Positions 59,983-64,000 of a stretch of 64,000 nt of DNA are shown piece after piece (within the stretch, counting starts at the first letter, position 1; each line of letters begins with the position of its first letter). A program made the translations under genes and the position numbers. Source of the DNA: an uncultured Prevotella sp. (lineage in GTDB: Bacteria; Bacteroidota; Bacteroidia; Bacteroidales; Bacteroidaceae). The notes beneath the pieces are model-generated. The model did no database searches, was not told the origin of the DNA, and saw only the letters and a program-made list of their open reading frames with translations. The DNA lies in assembly GCF_937922495.1 (NCBI RefSeq), contig NZ_CALAIU010000021.1; one strand, 5' to 3'.

Positions 59983-60075
59983 CCTGCAGGATTGAGATAT
60001 TATCCTTTCAGAACCTGCAGGATTGAAATATTATCCTTTCAAAACTTGCAGGATTGAAATATTATTCTTTCCTTT
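59983..60075. repeat. 3 tandem copies of a 31 bp unit (CYTGCAGGATTGARATATTATCCTTTCARAA)
   Basis: The units start at 59983, 60014 and 60045. Each contains a 5 bp inverted repeat AGGAT-n9-ATCCT. Confidence 0.85.
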
Positions 60076-60084
60076 GCACCAAGA

Positions 60085-60255
60085 GAACTATCACGGGGTG
60101 CTGAGTGGACTCAGCTGAGATTATACCCATAGAACCTGATGCGGATAATGCCGCCGAAGGGAAAATGATATAACTTCATTATCTTCTACACAAAGCCCCT
60201 ATTCCCAGACGGATGCGGAATCCGCCGAAACAAGGAATCAGGTTTTTTTTTCTGT
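60085..60255 (+). ncRNA. TPP (THI-box) riboswitch with terminator-type expression platform
   Basis: The aptamer reads CACGGGGUGCUGAGUGGACUCAGCUGAGAUUAUACCCAUAGAACCUGAUGCGGAUAAUGCCGCCGAAGGGAA, with the CUGAGA and ACCUGAUCUGGAUAAUGCCAGCGUAGGGAA consensus. A downstream hairpin followed by U9 (60243-60251) precedes thiS. Confidence 0.85.
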
Positions 60256-60351
60256 TCTTGAAAGGCAACAGGAAGATAGAAGACAAGAATCCACAAAGCG
60301 CCGGAGAAGTGAGGTTGTCGCATTTGTTTAACAACCTAATTCAGGCAAATT

Positions 60352-60549
60352 ATGAAAATCAGAATCAACAACAAGGAGACCGAAGTGGAAGCTTCCACCC
60401 TACTCGCCCTGGCGGAGGAGACAAAACTGCCCGAAAGGGGCATTGCCGTAGCCGTGAACAACCGTATGGTGCCGCGCACGGAATGGGCCGGAGCCACGAT
60501 AAAGGAGGGAGACAATATAGTCATCATCAAGGCGGTATGCGGAGGATAA
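60352..60549 (+). CDS. thiS: Sulfur-carrier protein ThiS
   Basis: 65 aa ending in GG (MKIRINNKE...KAVCGG). Confidence 0.85.
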   Translation: MKIRINNKETEVEASTLLALAEETKLPERGIAVAVNNRMVPRTEWAGATIKEGDNIVIIKAVCGG

Positions 60550-60635
60550 CGCATCGGAGAGACTACAGATTCCAGAACTTCAATACACAACTATACATAT
60601 TATAATATATATACAACTATACATACTATAAAACT

Positions 60636-63151
<2,516 letters not shown>

Positions 63152-63155
63152 GAAA

Positions 63156-64000
63156 ATGTTTTCAGACGAATTAAAGAATATCAGTTGGGAGGAGACCACG
63201 GAGCGCATTGCTCGAATGACCGATAACGATGTGCGCCGTGCCCTTGCCAAGGACCATTGCGATGTGAACGACTTCATGGCGCTGATTTCACCGGCAGCCG
63301 AGCCATACCTGGAGGTAATGGCGCGTCTTTCCCGCAAATATACCGAGGAGCGCTTCGGCAAGACCATGTCGATGTTCATTCCTCTCTACATCACCAATTC
63401 ATGCTCAAACTCCTGCGTGTATTGCGGTTTCCATCGTGAGAATCCGATGGCCCGCACCATCCTCACCCCAGAGCAGATTGAGAACGAGTACAAGGCCATC
63501 AAGCAGTTGGCTCCATTCGAGAACATCCTTCTCGTAACGGGCGAGAACCCAGCCAAGGCTGGCACCCCTTATCTTGCCAAGGCCATCGACATCGCCAAGA
63601 AGTATTTCTCCAACGTGAAGATTGAGGTGATGCCGCTCTCTACTGAGGATTACAAGACCCTCGCCGACCATGGTATGAACGGCGTAATCTGTTTCCAGGA
63701 AACCTACAACCACGAGCACTACAAGCTCTACCACCCACGTGGCATGAAGAGCAAGTTTGAGTGGCGCTGCGATGGTTTCGACCGCATGGGTATGGCAGGC
63801 GTTCACTCCATCGGTATGGGTGTGCTCATCGGACTGGAGAAGGAGTGGCGCACGGATGTAGTGATGATGGCTCATCACCTGCGCTACCTTCAGAAGCATT
63901 ACTGGAAGACCAAGTACAGCGTGAACTTCCCTCGTATGCGCCCTGCACAGAACGAAGGTTTCCAGCCAAACTGCTACATGACCGACAAGCAGTTGGCACA
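63156..64000 (+). CDS. thiH: 2-iminoacetate synthase ThiH (radical SAM); 3' end lies beyond the window
   Basis: Not in the track because it has no stop in the window. It reads MFSDELKNISWEE...YITNSCSNSCVYCGF, the CxxxCxxC radical SAM motif, and runs to the window edge. Confidence 0.8.
   Translation, partial: MFSDELKNISWEETTERIARMTDNDVRRALAKDHCDVNDFMALISPAAEPYLEVMARLSRKYTEERFGKTMSMFIPLYITNSCSNSCVYCGFHRENPMARTILTPEQIENEYKAIKQLAPFENILLVTGENPAKAGTPYLAKAIDIAKKYFSNVKIEVMPLSTEDYKTLADHGMNGVICFQETYNHEHYKLYHPRGMKSKFEWRCDGFDRMGMAGVHSIGMGVLIGLEKEWRTDVVMMAHHLRYLQKHYWKTKYSVNFPRMRPAQNEGFQPNCYMTDKQLA

Overview
The window reads as a Bacteroidales chromosome segment, Prevotella-like at about 50% GC. The assignment rests on TAnnTTTG -7 promoter boxes, several T9SS C-terminal sorting domains, TonB-dependent receptors and fused cbi genes. 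It is largely coding, with about 50 CDS. From left to right: (1) a decayed left edge made of a partial DUF1016/YhcG-like nuclease gene, an HTH_XRE gene with an in-frame stop and a frameshifted gene remnant, followed by palindromic and tandem repeats; (2) a minus-strand heme/tetrapyrrole uptake operon (membrane protein, T9SS cargo protein, HmuY-like lipoprotein, TonB-dependent receptor) driven by a clear Bacteroides promoter; (3) housekeeping and accessory genes: two DAACS symporters, a beta-helix T9SS protein, GT2, MtaB, a tiny lipoprotein, a WG-repeat lipoprotein, YggS, MenA, an HD protein, an M6 metalloprotease, DapA, EamA and TruA; (4) a roughly 19 kb cobalamin locus headed by a cobalamin riboswitch: btuB, a CbiK-like lipoprotein, btuF, a second btuB, cbiHC, cbiET, cbiGF, cbiJD, btuC, cbiA split into two ORFs, cobQ, cobD and cbiB, with no btuD. 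The locus is flanked by two direct copies of a roughly 150 bp 'ACCCTCAC' hairpin repeat element, followed by a 1.1 kb non-coding stretch carrying a tandem roughly 140 bp duplication; (5) a YiiX-like peptidase, an SLC13/TrkA-C transporter, recJ, recQ, an acyl-ACP thioesterase and tRNA-Cys; (6) a thiamine region: thiE and fused thiDE diverge from cydAB-DUF4492, and across an intergenic gap holding a 3x31 bp tandem repeat sits a TPP riboswitch driving thiS-thiG-thiC-thiH. I could not recognise any complete defence system, CRISPR array or intact mobile element. The novel-looking content is non-coding repeat families and some gene-architecture oddities.
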